NCBI GenBank assembly: GCA_041487875.1
Contig: JBGPOE010000002.1
Span: forward strand, 8,121 to 72,120
DNA length: 64,000 nucleotides
Reading direction: 5' to 3'
DNA from: Gemmatimonadota bacterium
GTDB taxonomy: Bacteria; Gemmatimonadota; Gemmatimonadetes; Gemmatimonadales; GWC2-71-9
How positions within the stretch are numbered: position 1 is the first letter of the stretch; each line of letters begins with the position of its first letter. Positions 18,979-27,152 of this stretch are shown here, one piece after another. The notes beneath the pieces are model-generated. The model saw only the letters and a list, made by a program, of their open reading frames with translations, had not been told where the DNA came from and searched no databases. Made by a program: the position numbers and the translations under genes.

Positions 18979-20055
18979 ATGGCCATCGCCACGCCGGCCT
19001 TGCTGCTCCACCTCGACGTGGTGGACGCGAATCTGCGGCATATGGCCGAGCGCGCCCGCGAGTTGGGCATAGCGCTGCGGCCGCACGCCAAGACGCACAA
19101 GTGCGTGGAGCTGGGCCGCCGCCAGTTGGCCCAAGGCGCCCGCGGCCTGACGGTGGCGACGCTGGTGGAAGCCGAGGTATTCGCGCGGGCCGGCGTCGCC
19201 GACATCACGTGGGCGTTCCCGCTCGACCCGTCGCATATCGGCCCCGCCCGGCGCATCGCGGAACACACGACGCTGCGCGTGGTGACGGACGATCTCGCGA
19301 CCGCGCGGGCGCTGGGCGGCAGCGGCCTGCACGTTCTTCTCAAGGTCGATTGCGGCTATCACCGCGCCGGCGTAGACCCTGCATCGCCCTACGCGCTGGC
19401 GGTGGCGCGGGAACTCGGCGCCGAGCGGGGGCTCGTGTTCGACGGCATCCTGAGCCACTCCGGCCACGCCTACCGCACGCGCAACCGGGCGGAGGCGGCG
19501 GCGGTCGCGGAGGAAGAGCGCGCGGTCATGGCCGGCTTCGCCGCGCGCTTGCGCGGCGACGGCATCCCCGTGCGCGAGGTGAGCGTCGGCTCGACGCCCG
19601 CGATGGCGGCGGTGCACGACCTGACGGGCGTGACCGAGGCGCGTCCCGGCAACTACATCTTTTACGACCGGACGATGGTGCTGATCGGCTGCTGCGAGCC
19701 CGCCGACGTGGCGGTGACCGTGCTCGCCACCGTCGTGTCGCACCAGCCCGGCGCGGCGCAGGTGATTGTTGACGCGGGCGCGCTGGAGCTGTCGAAGGAC
19801 CTGGGGCCGACACATCTCGGGCTGCCGGTCAGTTTCGGTGCGGTGCGGGGGCACCCCGGCGTGCTCGTGACGTCGGTGTCGCAGGAGCACGGCATCATCC
19901 GCGGGGCCGCACCGTTCGACGGCAAGTTCCCAGTGGGCGAGCAGATCGAGCTCATTCCCAATCATTCCTGCCTCACCGTCGCGCTCTTCGACGAGTATCA
20001 TGTCATGCAGCACGGCCGCGAGATCGACCGTTGGCGGATCGAGCGCGGCCGCTGA
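18979..20055 (+). CDS. DSD1-family PLP enzyme (D-serine dehydratase / D-threo-3-hydroxyaspartate dehydratase / D-Thr aldolase-like)
   Basis: Alanine-racemase-N fold with the lysine motif RPHAKTHKC. The C-terminal part is like the D-serine dehydratase C domain. Confidence 0.75.
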   Translation: MAIATPALLLHLDVVDANLRHMAERARELGIALRPHAKTHKCVELGRRQLAQGARGLTVATLVEAEVFARAGVADITWAFPLDPSHIGPARRIAEHTTLRVVTDDLATARALGGSGLHVLLKVDCGYHRAGVDPASPYALAVARELGAERGLVFDGILSHSGHAYRTRNRAEAAAVAEEERAVMAGFAARLRGDGIPVREVSVGSTPAMAAVHDLTGVTEARPGNYIFYDRTMVLIGCCEPADVAVTVLATVVSHQPGAAQVIVDAGALELSKDLGPTHLGLPVSFGAVRGHPGVLVTSVSQEHGIIRGAAPFDGKFPVGEQIELIPNHSCLTVALFDEYHVMQHGREIDRWRIERGR

Positions 20056-20064
20056 GGAGGTTTC

Positions 20065-20346
20065 ATGCGCATTCTGCTCAAGAATCTGCTCATCGCGGCG
20101 CTGCCCCTCTTGCTGGGGCTCGCGACGGGCTACCTATTCGCCTATACCCGCGCCTCGTGCGGCAGCATGGTCGGCCCGTTGTTCGCGGCCAAGTGCCACG
20201 GGCGCGTGCTGCAATACCAGATCCAGTTCCAGACGCTGGGTACGGCGCTGGGGTGTGTGGTCGTCGCCCTGATCGGCGTGGCGCGGGAACTCCGCGCCCG
20301 TCGCGCCGTACAATCCCGGGCATCCTCCCAAGGAGAGACCCCATGA
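20065..20346 (+). CDS. Small membrane protein (93 aa, 2 TM)
   Basis: Strong RBS (GAGGAGG) upstream of the ATG. Two hydrophobic helices. The stop overlaps the next gene's start (ATGA). Confidence 0.55.
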   Translation: MRILLKNLLIAALPLLLGLATGYLFAYTRASCGSMVGPLFAAKCHGRVLQYQIQFQTLGTALGCVVVALIGVARELRARRAVQSRASSQGETP

Positions 20347-20771
20347 GAACCACGTTGCTTCTGGCGCTCGCGCCCCTCGCTGCAGGCGTCGTGCGGGCGC
20401 AGGGAACCATGCAGATGCAGGACACCACCAAGCCACGTCCCGCGGCGACCATCACGGTCACCGAAGCGGTGGTGGCGCAGACCGTCGTGGATCGCGCGCC
20501 GCAGGATACCGGCTCGGCGTTCCCGGCGACCGTGGCGCAGCTCGTCTGCTTCACCAAGGTGAGCGGCGGCAGCGCCGGCACCACCGTCCACCACGTGTGG
20601 TTCCACGGCGAGACCCAGGTGGCGGACATCGAGCTGCACGTGGACGGCTCGCCGTGGCGCACGTGGAGCCGCAAGACCATTCCCGCCGAGTGGACCGGAG
20701 CGTGGCACGTCGAGGTGCGCGACGCCGCCGGGAACGTGCTGAAGCGGATCGACTTTACCGTCGGCAGCTGA
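20343..20771 (+). CDS. Secreted DUF2914-like protein
   Basis: Signal peptide MRTTLLLALAPLAAGVVRAQ. The motif VCFTKV...HHVWFHGETQVADIELHVDGSPWRTWSRKTIPAEWTGAWHVEVRDAAGNVL matches my recollection of DUF2914. Confidence 0.6.
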   Translation: MRTTLLLALAPLAAGVVRAQGTMQMQDTTKPRPAATITVTEAVVAQTVVDRAPQDTGSAFPATVAQLVCFTKVSGGSAGTTVHHVWFHGETQVADIELHVDGSPWRTWSRKTIPAEWTGAWHVEVRDAAGNVLKRIDFTVGS

Positions 20772-20773
20772 GA

Positions 20774-20840
20774 GCCGTCAGCGGTCAGCCATCAGCCGTC
20801 AGCAAGCCAGAACGCTGATGGCTGACGGCTGAACGCTGAT
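20774..20840 (+). terminator. Heptamer-array hairpin (GCCGTCA GCGGTCA GCCATCA GCCGTCA, loop, complementary array) followed by a T-rich tract
   Basis: 20778..20803 pairs with 20814..20839 at about 23 of 26 positions. The downstream sequence is TTGCTTATCTTTG. It starts 3 nt after the stop of 20343..20771. Confidence 0.6.
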
Positions 20841-20858
20841 TGCTTATCTTTGAGCCCC

Positions 20859-21221
20859 ATGGAACTGCTCCAACAGGTGGTCGCCAATCTCGCAATGGAC
20901 GAGAGCAAGGCGGAGAAAGGCATCGGCGCCATCCTGACGGCGCTGCGCATGTCCTCCGACAAGGCGACGTTCGAGCACGTGAAGGCCGTGGTGCCCAACG
21001 CCGAGCGCATGATGGGGCACGCCTTGATGAGCGGTGCGCGCACGGCCGAGCTCGTGGCACCGGTCGGGCCGGCCAGCCTGATGGCGGCGCTCGCGGCGGC
21101 GGGCGTCGGCAAGGACGACGTCCCCCGGCTGGGCCGGATCGTGCTCGAATTCCTGCGGCCCAGCGTCGGCAGTCCCGTGATCGACGCCTTCATGGAGAAA
21201 GCCCCGGGTCTGAAAGGCTGA
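20859..21221 (+). CDS. DUF2780-like protein
   Basis: MELLQQVVANLAMDESKAEKGIGAILTAL... and the C-terminal RIVLEFLRPSVG resemble the DUF2780 pattern. A TTG at 20850 is an alternative start. Confidence 0.5.
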   Translation: MELLQQVVANLAMDESKAEKGIGAILTALRMSSDKATFEHVKAVVPNAERMMGHALMSGARTAELVAPVGPASLMAALAAAGVGKDDVPRLGRIVLEFLRPSVGSPVIDAFMEKAPGLKG

Positions 21222-21228
21222 TGGCGGC

Positions 21229-21669
21229 CTGAACACCGTCCTCTCGCCCGCCGCCCCGGCTGACCTCCCGGCCATCTTGGACCTGCTCCAGCGGAGCAAA
21301 TTGCCGCAGGCGGGCGTCGCCGACCATGTCAACGACGCTTTCGTCGCGCGTGAGGGCACCCGCATCATCGGCTGCGCGGCGGTGGAGGTGTACGGCACGG
21401 CCGGCGTGCTGCGCTCGCTGGCCGTGGACATCGCGCATCGCGGGCTCGGGCTCGGGATTGATCTCACGGAAGCGGCCCTGGAGGTCGCGCGCAAACGCGG
21501 CGTGAAGACCCTGTACCTCCTCACGGAGACGGCCGCCGATTTCTTCCCGCGCTTCGGGTTCCAGAAGATCACGCGCGCCGAAGTGGAGCCCGCGGTGAAG
21601 GGCTCAGCCGAGTTCACGGGCGCCTGCCCCGACAGCGCCGTCGTGATGCGCCGGCGGCTCGCGGTGTGA
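21229..21669 (+). CDS. GNAT N-acetyltransferase, ArsN2-like; probable CTG start
   Basis: RSLAVDIAHRGLGLG, LYLLTETAADFFPRFGF and EFTGACPDSAVVMRRRL are typical of ArsN2. The conserved N-terminal PAAPADLPAILDLL lies upstream of the first canonical start (TTG at 21277). The only start-like codon after the in-frame stop at 21211 is the CTG at 21229. Confidence 0.65.
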   Translation: MNTVLSPAAPADLPAILDLLQRSKLPQAGVADHVNDAFVAREGTRIIGCAAVEVYGTAGVLRSLAVDIAHRGLGLGIDLTEAALEVARKRGVKTLYLLTETAADFFPRFGFQKITRAEVEPAVKGSAEFTGACPDSAVVMRRRLAV

Positions 21670-22679
21670 AGCAGCTCGTCATCACGCGGCACGGCGGCCC
21701 CGACGTCCTGCAGGTCCGGGAATCCGCCGAACCCGCACTCACTCCCGGCAGCGTGCGCATCCGAGTCCGCGCCGCGGGTCTCAACTTCTCCGACATTCTG
21801 GCGCGCCAGGGCCTTTACCCGGACGCTCCCAAGCCGCCTTGCACGACGGGATACGAAGTCGCAGGCCTAGTCCAAGACGTGGCTGCGGGCGTCACGGCGC
21901 CGCGTCCCGGCGACCGGGTGGTGGCCCTGACCCGGTTTGGCGGCCAGAGCGAGGTGGTCGTGGTGCCGGCCGGGCGGGTGTTGCCCCTCCCCTCGGGCTG
22001 GAGCTTCGAGGAAGGCGCCGCCTTGCCGGTCGTCTACCTCACGGCGCACCACATGCTGACCCGCGTGGCGGCGGTGCGCTCCGGGGAGAGCGTGCTGGTG
22101 CATGCGGCGGCGGGCGGCGTGGGCCTGGCCGTGGCGGAGCTGGGGCGCATTCTCGCGCTGCGCGTAATCGGGCTCGCTTCGCCCGCGAAGCACGACGTGT
22201 TACGCACCTACGGGGTGGAACCGCTCGACGGCCGCGACCCGCGTTGGCCGGACGCCGTGCGCCGCGTGGCGCCGGGCGGAGTGGACGTGATCCTCGACGC
22301 GGTGGGCGGCGATTACTGGCGGCAGGATTATCGCCTGCTCGCGCCCGGGGGCCGGCTGGTGTGCTTCGGCGCGTCCGCGCTGTCGCAACCGGGCGGTCGC
22401 CACCTCTTCGCCGCGCTGTGGCAGCTGCTGCGCTTTCCCCGCTTCGGACCGCTGGCGTTGATGAACGACAATCGCGCCGTGGCGGGTGTGAACATCGGGC
22501 ACTTGTGGGAGCACGACGCGCTGCTGCACCCGCAGCTCGCGGCCCTGCTGCAGTACGCCGCGGCGGGACGGATCAGGCCGCGGGTGGACCGCGCGTTCCC
22601 TCTGGCGGACGCGGCCGCCGCACATCGCTATATCCAGGAGCGGAAGAACATCGGCAAGGTGGTGCTGGTCAGTACTTGA
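21666..22679 (+). CDS. MDR-family NADPH:quinone oxidoreductase / zinc-type alcohol dehydrogenase-like
   Basis: MKQLVITRHGGPDVLQV, AAGLNFSD and a GxGxxG-like AAGGVGLA. GTGA overlap with the previous gene. Confidence 0.8.
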   Translation: MKQLVITRHGGPDVLQVRESAEPALTPGSVRIRVRAAGLNFSDILARQGLYPDAPKPPCTTGYEVAGLVQDVAAGVTAPRPGDRVVALTRFGGQSEVVVVPAGRVLPLPSGWSFEEGAALPVVYLTAHHMLTRVAAVRSGESVLVHAAAGGVGLAVAELGRILALRVIGLASPAKHDVLRTYGVEPLDGRDPRWPDAVRRVAPGGVDVILDAVGGDYWRQDYRLLAPGGRLVCFGASALSQPGGRHLFAALWQLLRFPRFGPLALMNDNRAVAGVNIGHLWEHDALLHPQLAALLQYAAAGRIRPRVDRAFPLADAAAAHRYIQERKNIGKVVLVST

Positions 22680-23754
22680 GGCCCTTCTTCTCGGCGAACG
22701 CCTTGAGGGCGTTCGCTTCCTCGGGCGACAGCTTCTCCGGGATGTCCACGCGCACTTCCACCAGCTGATCGCCGCGCCGGCCGTTCTTCTCGATGCCCTG
22801 CCCCGCGATGCGGAATTTCTTGCCGGGCTGCGTGCCGGGGGGAATGCGCAACACCACGCGCCGGCCGTCCAGCGTCCGCACCTTGATCTTGGTGCCGAGC
22901 GCCGCCTGCACGACGTTGACGGGTACGACGCACACGACGTCCAGTCCCTCGCGCCGGAAGAACGTATCGGGCTCCACGCGGAACTCGACCTGCAGGTCGC
23001 CCCTGCCCTTGGCGCCCTGGCCCCGGAGCCGCACCTTGCTGCCGTCCTCGGTGCCGGGCGGCACCGTGATCATGAGCTGCTTCTCGACGCGCACTTCGCC
23101 CGAGCCCTGGCACGTGCCGCAGCGCTGCGACGGGATGCGGCCCTTGCCGCGGCACATCGGACAGGGCCGGTTGACGGCGAAGCCCCCCTGACCGAACGAA
23201 ACGGTGCCCCGGCCCTTGCACTCGGGACAGGTGGAGATGGTGGCGCCCGGCGCAGCGCCGCTGCCGCTGCACGTGGGACACACCGCGGCCATCGCCAGCG
23301 TCACGGGTAGCTTGCCGCCGAGTGCCGCCACGCGGAACGGCACCGCGAGCGTGGTCTCCACGGTGTCGTCGGGCTCGTCCCGTCCGGTCCCCTTGCGCCC
23401 GAAGATGGAGGAGAAGAGATCGCCCAGCCCCCCGAACGAGCCGAGGTCGGAGAACTCGAAGTCGGTCGAGAAGTTGTCCGACGCGGCGCCGCCGCCGGGT
23501 CCGCGCGCGGTGCGTCCCGCTCCGGCGTAGGCGCCATAGCGGCGCAGGGTGTCGTACTTCTTGCGCTTGTCGGGATCGCTCAACGCGTCGTGCGCTTCGT
23601 TGATCTCCTTAAAGCGCTCCGCGGCCTGCGGGTTGCCCGGATTGCGGTCGGGGTGATGCACCTTGGCCAGCCGGCGGAACGCCTTCTTGATCTCGTCCGT
23701 CGTGGCCGTCTCGGAGACACCGAGGGTCTGGTAGTAGTCCTTTTGCGGCGCCAT
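22669..23754 (-). CDS. dnaJ: Molecular chaperone DnaJ
   Basis: J-domain DYYQTLGV...HHPDRN, a G-rich region, and four CxxCxGxG zinc-finger repeats. Confidence 0.92.
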   Translation of the reverse strand: MAPQKDYYQTLGVSETATTDEIKKAFRRLAKVHHPDRNPGNPQAAERFKEINEAHDALSDPDKRKKYDTLRRYGAYAGAGRTARGPGGGAASDNFSTDFEFSDLGSFGGLGDLFSSIFGRKGTGRDEPDDTVETTLAVPFRVAALGGKLPVTLAMAAVCPTCSGSGAAPGATISTCPECKGRGTVSFGQGGFAVNRPCPMCRGKGRIPSQRCGTCQGSGEVRVEKQLMITVPPGTEDGSKVRLRGQGAKGRGDLQVEFRVEPDTFFRREGLDVVCVVPVNVVQAALGTKIKVRTLDGRRVVLRIPPGTQPGKKFRIAGQGIEKNGRRGDQLVEVRVDIPEKLSPEEANALKAFAEKKGLKY

Positions 23755-23770
23755 CAGCCGTCAGCCGTCA
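23749..23770. repeat. Heptamer array GCCATCA GCCGTCA GCCGTCA spanning the grpE stop and dnaJ start
   Basis: Read directly. On the minus strand it reads CTGACGGCTGACGGCTGATGGC, encoding the grpE C-terminus LTADG, the TGA stop and the dnaJ ATG. Confidence 0.85.
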
Positions 23771-24359
23771 GAGGTTCGTCGCGCGGACGGTCGTCCGGCG
23801 CCGGCGAGTCGCCACCGTGCCACGCGAGCACGATGACGCGCGCCGGCCGGATCAGCGTCTCGCCCAGCTTGTAGCCCGGCTGCAGCACGGCCGCGACCGT
23901 GTGATCCTGCGCCGCCGACGGCGCGGGCTGCACCGTCACCGCCTCGTGCACGTGAGGATCGAACAGAACGCCCGGCTGATCGAGCCGCGTCACGCCCATC
24001 GCTTCGAGCTGCTTCCAGATCTTGCGCTCGACCATGTCCACGCCGTCGTGGATCGTCTTGGCGTCGGTCTGCGCCGGATCGACGTGGGCGAAGCGCGCCA
24101 GGTCGTCGAGCCCATCCACCAGACGGGCCAGCAGGTCGGCCTGCGCCCGCCTCCAGGCTTCGGTCCGCTCGCGCGCGCTGCGCTTCTTGAAGTTGTCGAA
24201 CTCGGCCGCCAAGCGGAGATACTTGTCCTTCGCGTCGGCGAGCTCGGTCTCGAGCGGCGACGCGGCAGTTTCCGGCACCGCCTCCCCGCCGCTGGGAGGC
24301 TCGGTCGCCGGGTGGGCGCCGGCGGTGTGGCCGTGGTGGCGGTGTTTCTTCTCGGTCAT
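23754..24359 (-). CDS. grpE: Nucleotide exchange factor GrpE
   Basis: KDKYLRLAAEFDNFKKRSARE motif. The stop overlaps the dnaJ ATG by 1 nt. Confidence 0.9.
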   Translation of the reverse strand: MTEKKHRHHGHTAGAHPATEPPSGGEAVPETAASPLETELADAKDKYLRLAAEFDNFKKRSARERTEAWRRAQADLLARLVDGLDDLARFAHVDPAQTDAKTIHDGVDMVERKIWKQLEAMGVTRLDQPGVLFDPHVHEAVTVQPAPSAAQDHTVAAVLQPGYKLGETLIRPARVIVLAWHGGDSPAPDDRPRDEPLTADG

Positions 24360-24422
24360 CGTGGCTCGCTGAAGCTAGCGGATCGCATCGGACGCGTAAA
24401 CTACGGGCCCGCGCGCACGAGG

Positions 24423-25247
24423 TTACAGGCGCGGCACGCGGGCTCGCAGGAACGCGACGACGTCGTCGAGCACACGGTCTTTCTGCGGGTCGTTCAGCAC
24501 CTCGTGGTACATCTCGGGATACCACCGCACCTCGGCTGGCGTCTTGAGCGCCCCCGCGAACGCGCGAGCCAGGTGCGCATCCGCGAGGTGGTCCTCGCCG
24601 CCGAGCAGGAACAGCAGCGGGGCCTCGATGCGCGCGGCGTCGGCGGGGACGGCGCGCTGCGCCCACTGGATCTCGCGCCACGCGCCGGCGGTCATCTGCT
24701 GGTGCACCAGCGGATCGCGCGCGTACGCCTCGTTCACCGCCGGGTCGCGGCTCACGTGATCCGTGACGACGCCTGTGGGCAGCGCGAGCGTGGGCCACAA
24801 GTCCGCGAGCACGCGGCCGGCGGCGCGCTTCCAGGCGGGCGGCTGGAAGGCGAGTCCCAGAAACGGGCTCGCGATGACGGCCGCCGCAAGCGGCTCGAGC
24901 GGTTGCGTCTCGAGGTAGCGCAGCGTCACCAAGCCGCCGAACGAGTGTCCCAGCAACACTTGCGGCGCGGCTGTGCGCTGCCGGATGGCACGGCGGAACG
25001 CCTGCAGGTCACCCAGCAGCTGGCTGAACCGTGACAAGTGGCCCCGCCGCCCGCCGGAGCGGCCGTGGCCACGCTGGTCGAGCACGAACGTGGCGTAGCC
25101 CGCGTCGCGCAGACGCGCGGCCGCGGGGGCCCAGCGGCCCGCGTGGTCGGACCAGCCCGTGAGGAACAGCACGGCCGCGACGGGCGACGCGGGCTCGTAC
25201 CCGTCGTAGACGAGCGACGTCCCGTCAGGCGCCGTGAGCTGCGGCAT
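24423..25247 (-). CDS. Alpha/beta hydrolase (lysophospholipase/monoacylglycerol-lipase-like)
   Basis: The start at MPQLTAPDG overlaps the cinA stop by 1 nt. Motifs DQRGHGRSGG, nucleophile elbow GHSFGG and C-terminal HEVLND. Confidence 0.8.
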   Translation of the reverse strand: MPQLTAPDGTSLVYDGYEPASPVAAVLFLTGWSDHAGRWAPAAARLRDAGYATFVLDQRGHGRSGGRRGHLSRFSQLLGDLQAFRRAIRQRTAAPQVLLGHSFGGLVTLRYLETQPLEPLAAAVIASPFLGLAFQPPAWKRAAGRVLADLWPTLALPTGVVTDHVSRDPAVNEAYARDPLVHQQMTAGAWREIQWAQRAVPADAARIEAPLLFLLGGEDHLADAHLARAFAGALKTPAEVRWYPEMYHEVLNDPQKDRVLDDVVAFLRARVPRL

Positions 25248-26503
25248 CAGCGGCGCTCCAGCTCGCGGCGCAGCAGATCGAGCACCGCCTGCGCACTGCG
25301 CCGGCGGATCTCCTCGCGCTCGCCCGGGAACACGCGCCGCACCGCGCGGGTCTCTCCCTCGACGCTCGCGGCGAGCCACACAGTGCCCACCGGCTTCTCG
25401 GGTGTCCCCCCCGCCGGGCCCGCGATGCCCGTCACGGCGACGCTCGCGGCGACGCCGAAGCGTTGCCGTGCACCCGCGGCCATCGCGCGCACCGCCTCCT
25501 CCGACACCGCGCCCTGCGCCGCGAGCACGTCCGCCGGGACGTCGAGCAGCGCGCGCTTCACATCGTCGTCATACGCCACGACGCCACCCGCGAATACGTC
25601 CGACGCGCCCGGGATCGCCGTAAGCCGCGCCCCGACGAGCCCGCCGGTACACGACTCGGCCACCGCGAGCCGGCGGTGCGACGCGCGCAGCAGGTCCAGC
25701 ACCACCGCGGCGAGATCCGCTCCGTCCGCCCCGTACGCGTGCTCGCCCGCGCGCGCGCGCACCACCCGCTCCGCCGCGGCGAGGCGCGCCGCGGCGTCCG
25801 CGGACGGCAGCGACCAGGCCGTGAACCGCAGATCCACGCCGTCCTCCCCGGGCAGGTACGCGAACGTCAGCGGCGCGATCTCCTCTTCGATGTCGCCCAT
25901 CCGCTCGGCCAGCGCCGACTCGGGGACGCCCGTGGTGCGGATGGTGCGCGACTGCACTACGCGGGGCGGCTCGCCGTCCTTCGCCAGGCGCGCCGTGAAC
26001 CGCGGCAGCACTTCCTCCACCAGCAGCCCGCGCATCTCGCGCGGCACGCCCGGGAGGAGCACCGCCACCCGGCCCTTGGCGTCCTCCAGCCACAAGCCGG
26101 GCGCCGTGCCCCGCGGATTCGCGAGCACGGTGGCCCCCTGCGGCACCTGCGCCTGCGAGCGATTGACCGCGGGCATCGGGCGGCCGAGCCGCCGGAAGCG
26201 GGCCTCGAGCGCGCGCAGCACCGTGTCGTCGAGCAGGAGCGGCCGTTCGAACAGCTCGGCCGCCACGGTCTTGGTCATGTCGTCGCGTGTGGGACCCAAG
26301 CCGCCCGTGGCGATGACGAAGCCCGTGCGGTCCAGCGCCTCCGCCAGCGCGGCGCGAATGGCCGGCGGGCGATCGGGCACCGAGGTGTGGCGCACGACCT
26401 CGCCGCCGGCGGCCGCTACGGCCCGGGCGATGTCCGCCGCATTGGTGTCGAGCGTGTGCCCGAGCACGAGCTCGGTGCCGATGGTGAGGACTTCGAGCTT
26501 CAC
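25247..26503 (-). CDS. cinA: CinA family: competence/damage-inducible protein with a nicotinamide-nucleotide amidohydrolase (PncC) domain
   Basis: GTG start giving VKLEVLTIGTELVLGHTLDTNA, then GGLGPTRDD. The C-terminal domain carries AESCTGGLVGARLTAIPGAS. GTGA overlap with pgsA. Confidence 0.88.
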   Translation of the reverse strand: MKLEVLTIGTELVLGHTLDTNAADIARAVAAAGGEVVRHTSVPDRPPAIRAALAEALDRTGFVIATGGLGPTRDDMTKTVAAELFERPLLLDDTVLRALEARFRRLGRPMPAVNRSQAQVPQGATVLANPRGTAPGLWLEDAKGRVAVLLPGVPREMRGLLVEEVLPRFTARLAKDGEPPRVVQSRTIRTTGVPESALAERMGDIEEEIAPLTFAYLPGEDGVDLRFTAWSLPSADAAARLAAAERVVRARAGEHAYGADGADLAAVVLDLLRASHRRLAVAESCTGGLVGARLTAIPGASDVFAGGVVAYDDDVKRALLDVPADVLAAQGAVSEEAVRAMAAGARQRFGVAASVAVTGIAGPAGGTPEKPVGTVWLAASVEGETRAVRRVFPGEREEIRRRSAQAVLDLLRRELERR

Positions 26504-27141
26504 CCGCCGCTCTTCAGCAGCGCGCGATAGCGGTACAGATAGACGCCCAGGGAGTAGAGCGTGAGCAGCACGGCGGCCGCCAGCGTCAGGGCCACCACCC
26601 CCCCATGGAACTGGTCCCAGAAGTTGCGGAACCAGCCCGCCCAGCGGTGGGCGGCGAGCGCGTCCTTCCAGGCGAACCACGCGATGGTGGCGCCGATGAA
26701 CGCGTTCTGCATCACCGCCTTGAGTTTCCCCGCCCCGGCGGCGGGAATCACGACGCCCTTGCGTTTGGCGAAGAAGCGGAACGCCGTGATCAGCACCTCG
26801 CGCCCCACCAGGATCAGCAGCGCCCATACGGGGATGCTGCCCCACCACGGAATGCGGTAGTCCACGAGAATCGTGGGGTGCCGCGTGATCCAGAAGATGG
26901 GGATGAGCATCGCGAACAACATCAACTTGTCGGCGATCGGGTCCAGCAGCTGGCCCAGCTCGCTCACCTCGTTGCGCCGGCGGGCGAGCCAGCCGTCCAC
27001 CACGTCGCTGAAGGCAGCGATGAGGAAGATGAAGAAGGCGATGACCTTGGGCCAATACCCCGAAATGAACGGCAGCAGAGCGATCACCGGCGTGAGACCG
27101 ATGCGGGCCAGCGTGAGGATGTTGGGCAGGGTCCAGCGCAT
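26500..27141 (-). CDS. pgsA: CDP-diacylglycerol--glycerol-3-phosphate 3-phosphatidyltransferase
   Basis: MRWTLPNILTLARI and the CDP-alcohol motif DVVDGWLARRRNEVSELGQLLDPIADK. Confidence 0.88.
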   Translation of the reverse strand: MRWTLPNILTLARIGLTPVIALLPFISGYWPKVIAFFIFLIAAFSDVVDGWLARRRNEVSELGQLLDPIADKLMLFAMLIPIFWITRHPTILVDYRIPWWGSIPVWALLILVGREVLITAFRFFAKRKGVVIPAAGAGKLKAVMQNAFIGATIAWFAWKDALAAHRWAGWFRNFWDQFHGGVVALTLAAAVLLTLYSLGVYLYRYRALLKSGG

Positions 27142-27152
27142 GAGACGCCCGA

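Noticed and set aside
20774-20840. Whether the tandem repeat arrays here, at 43719..43747 and at 29718..29747 could be a CRISPR array.
   Set aside because: The units are only 7 nt long and directly abut one another with no spacers. No cas genes are present.
24360-24422. A CIRCE (HrcA) operator or sigma32 promoter upstream of grpE-dnaJ.
   Set aside because: No TTAGCACTC-N9-GAGTGCTAA-like inverted repeat and no CTTGAAA/CCCCAT pattern is visible. There is only a weak TTTACG-N17-TAGCTT, which is not convincing enough to annotate.
25038-26564. A 508-aa plus-strand ORF antisense to cinA. Similar antisense ORFs lie at 29267..30889 (dnaX), 31150..32415, 36000-37300, and 49731..52520 and 53323..55293 (GWxTD and peptidase genes).
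   Set aside because: All are Ala/Arg/Ser/Pro-rich and lack motifs. Each overlaps a confidently identified gene on the other strand. This is the expected by-product of very high GC content.
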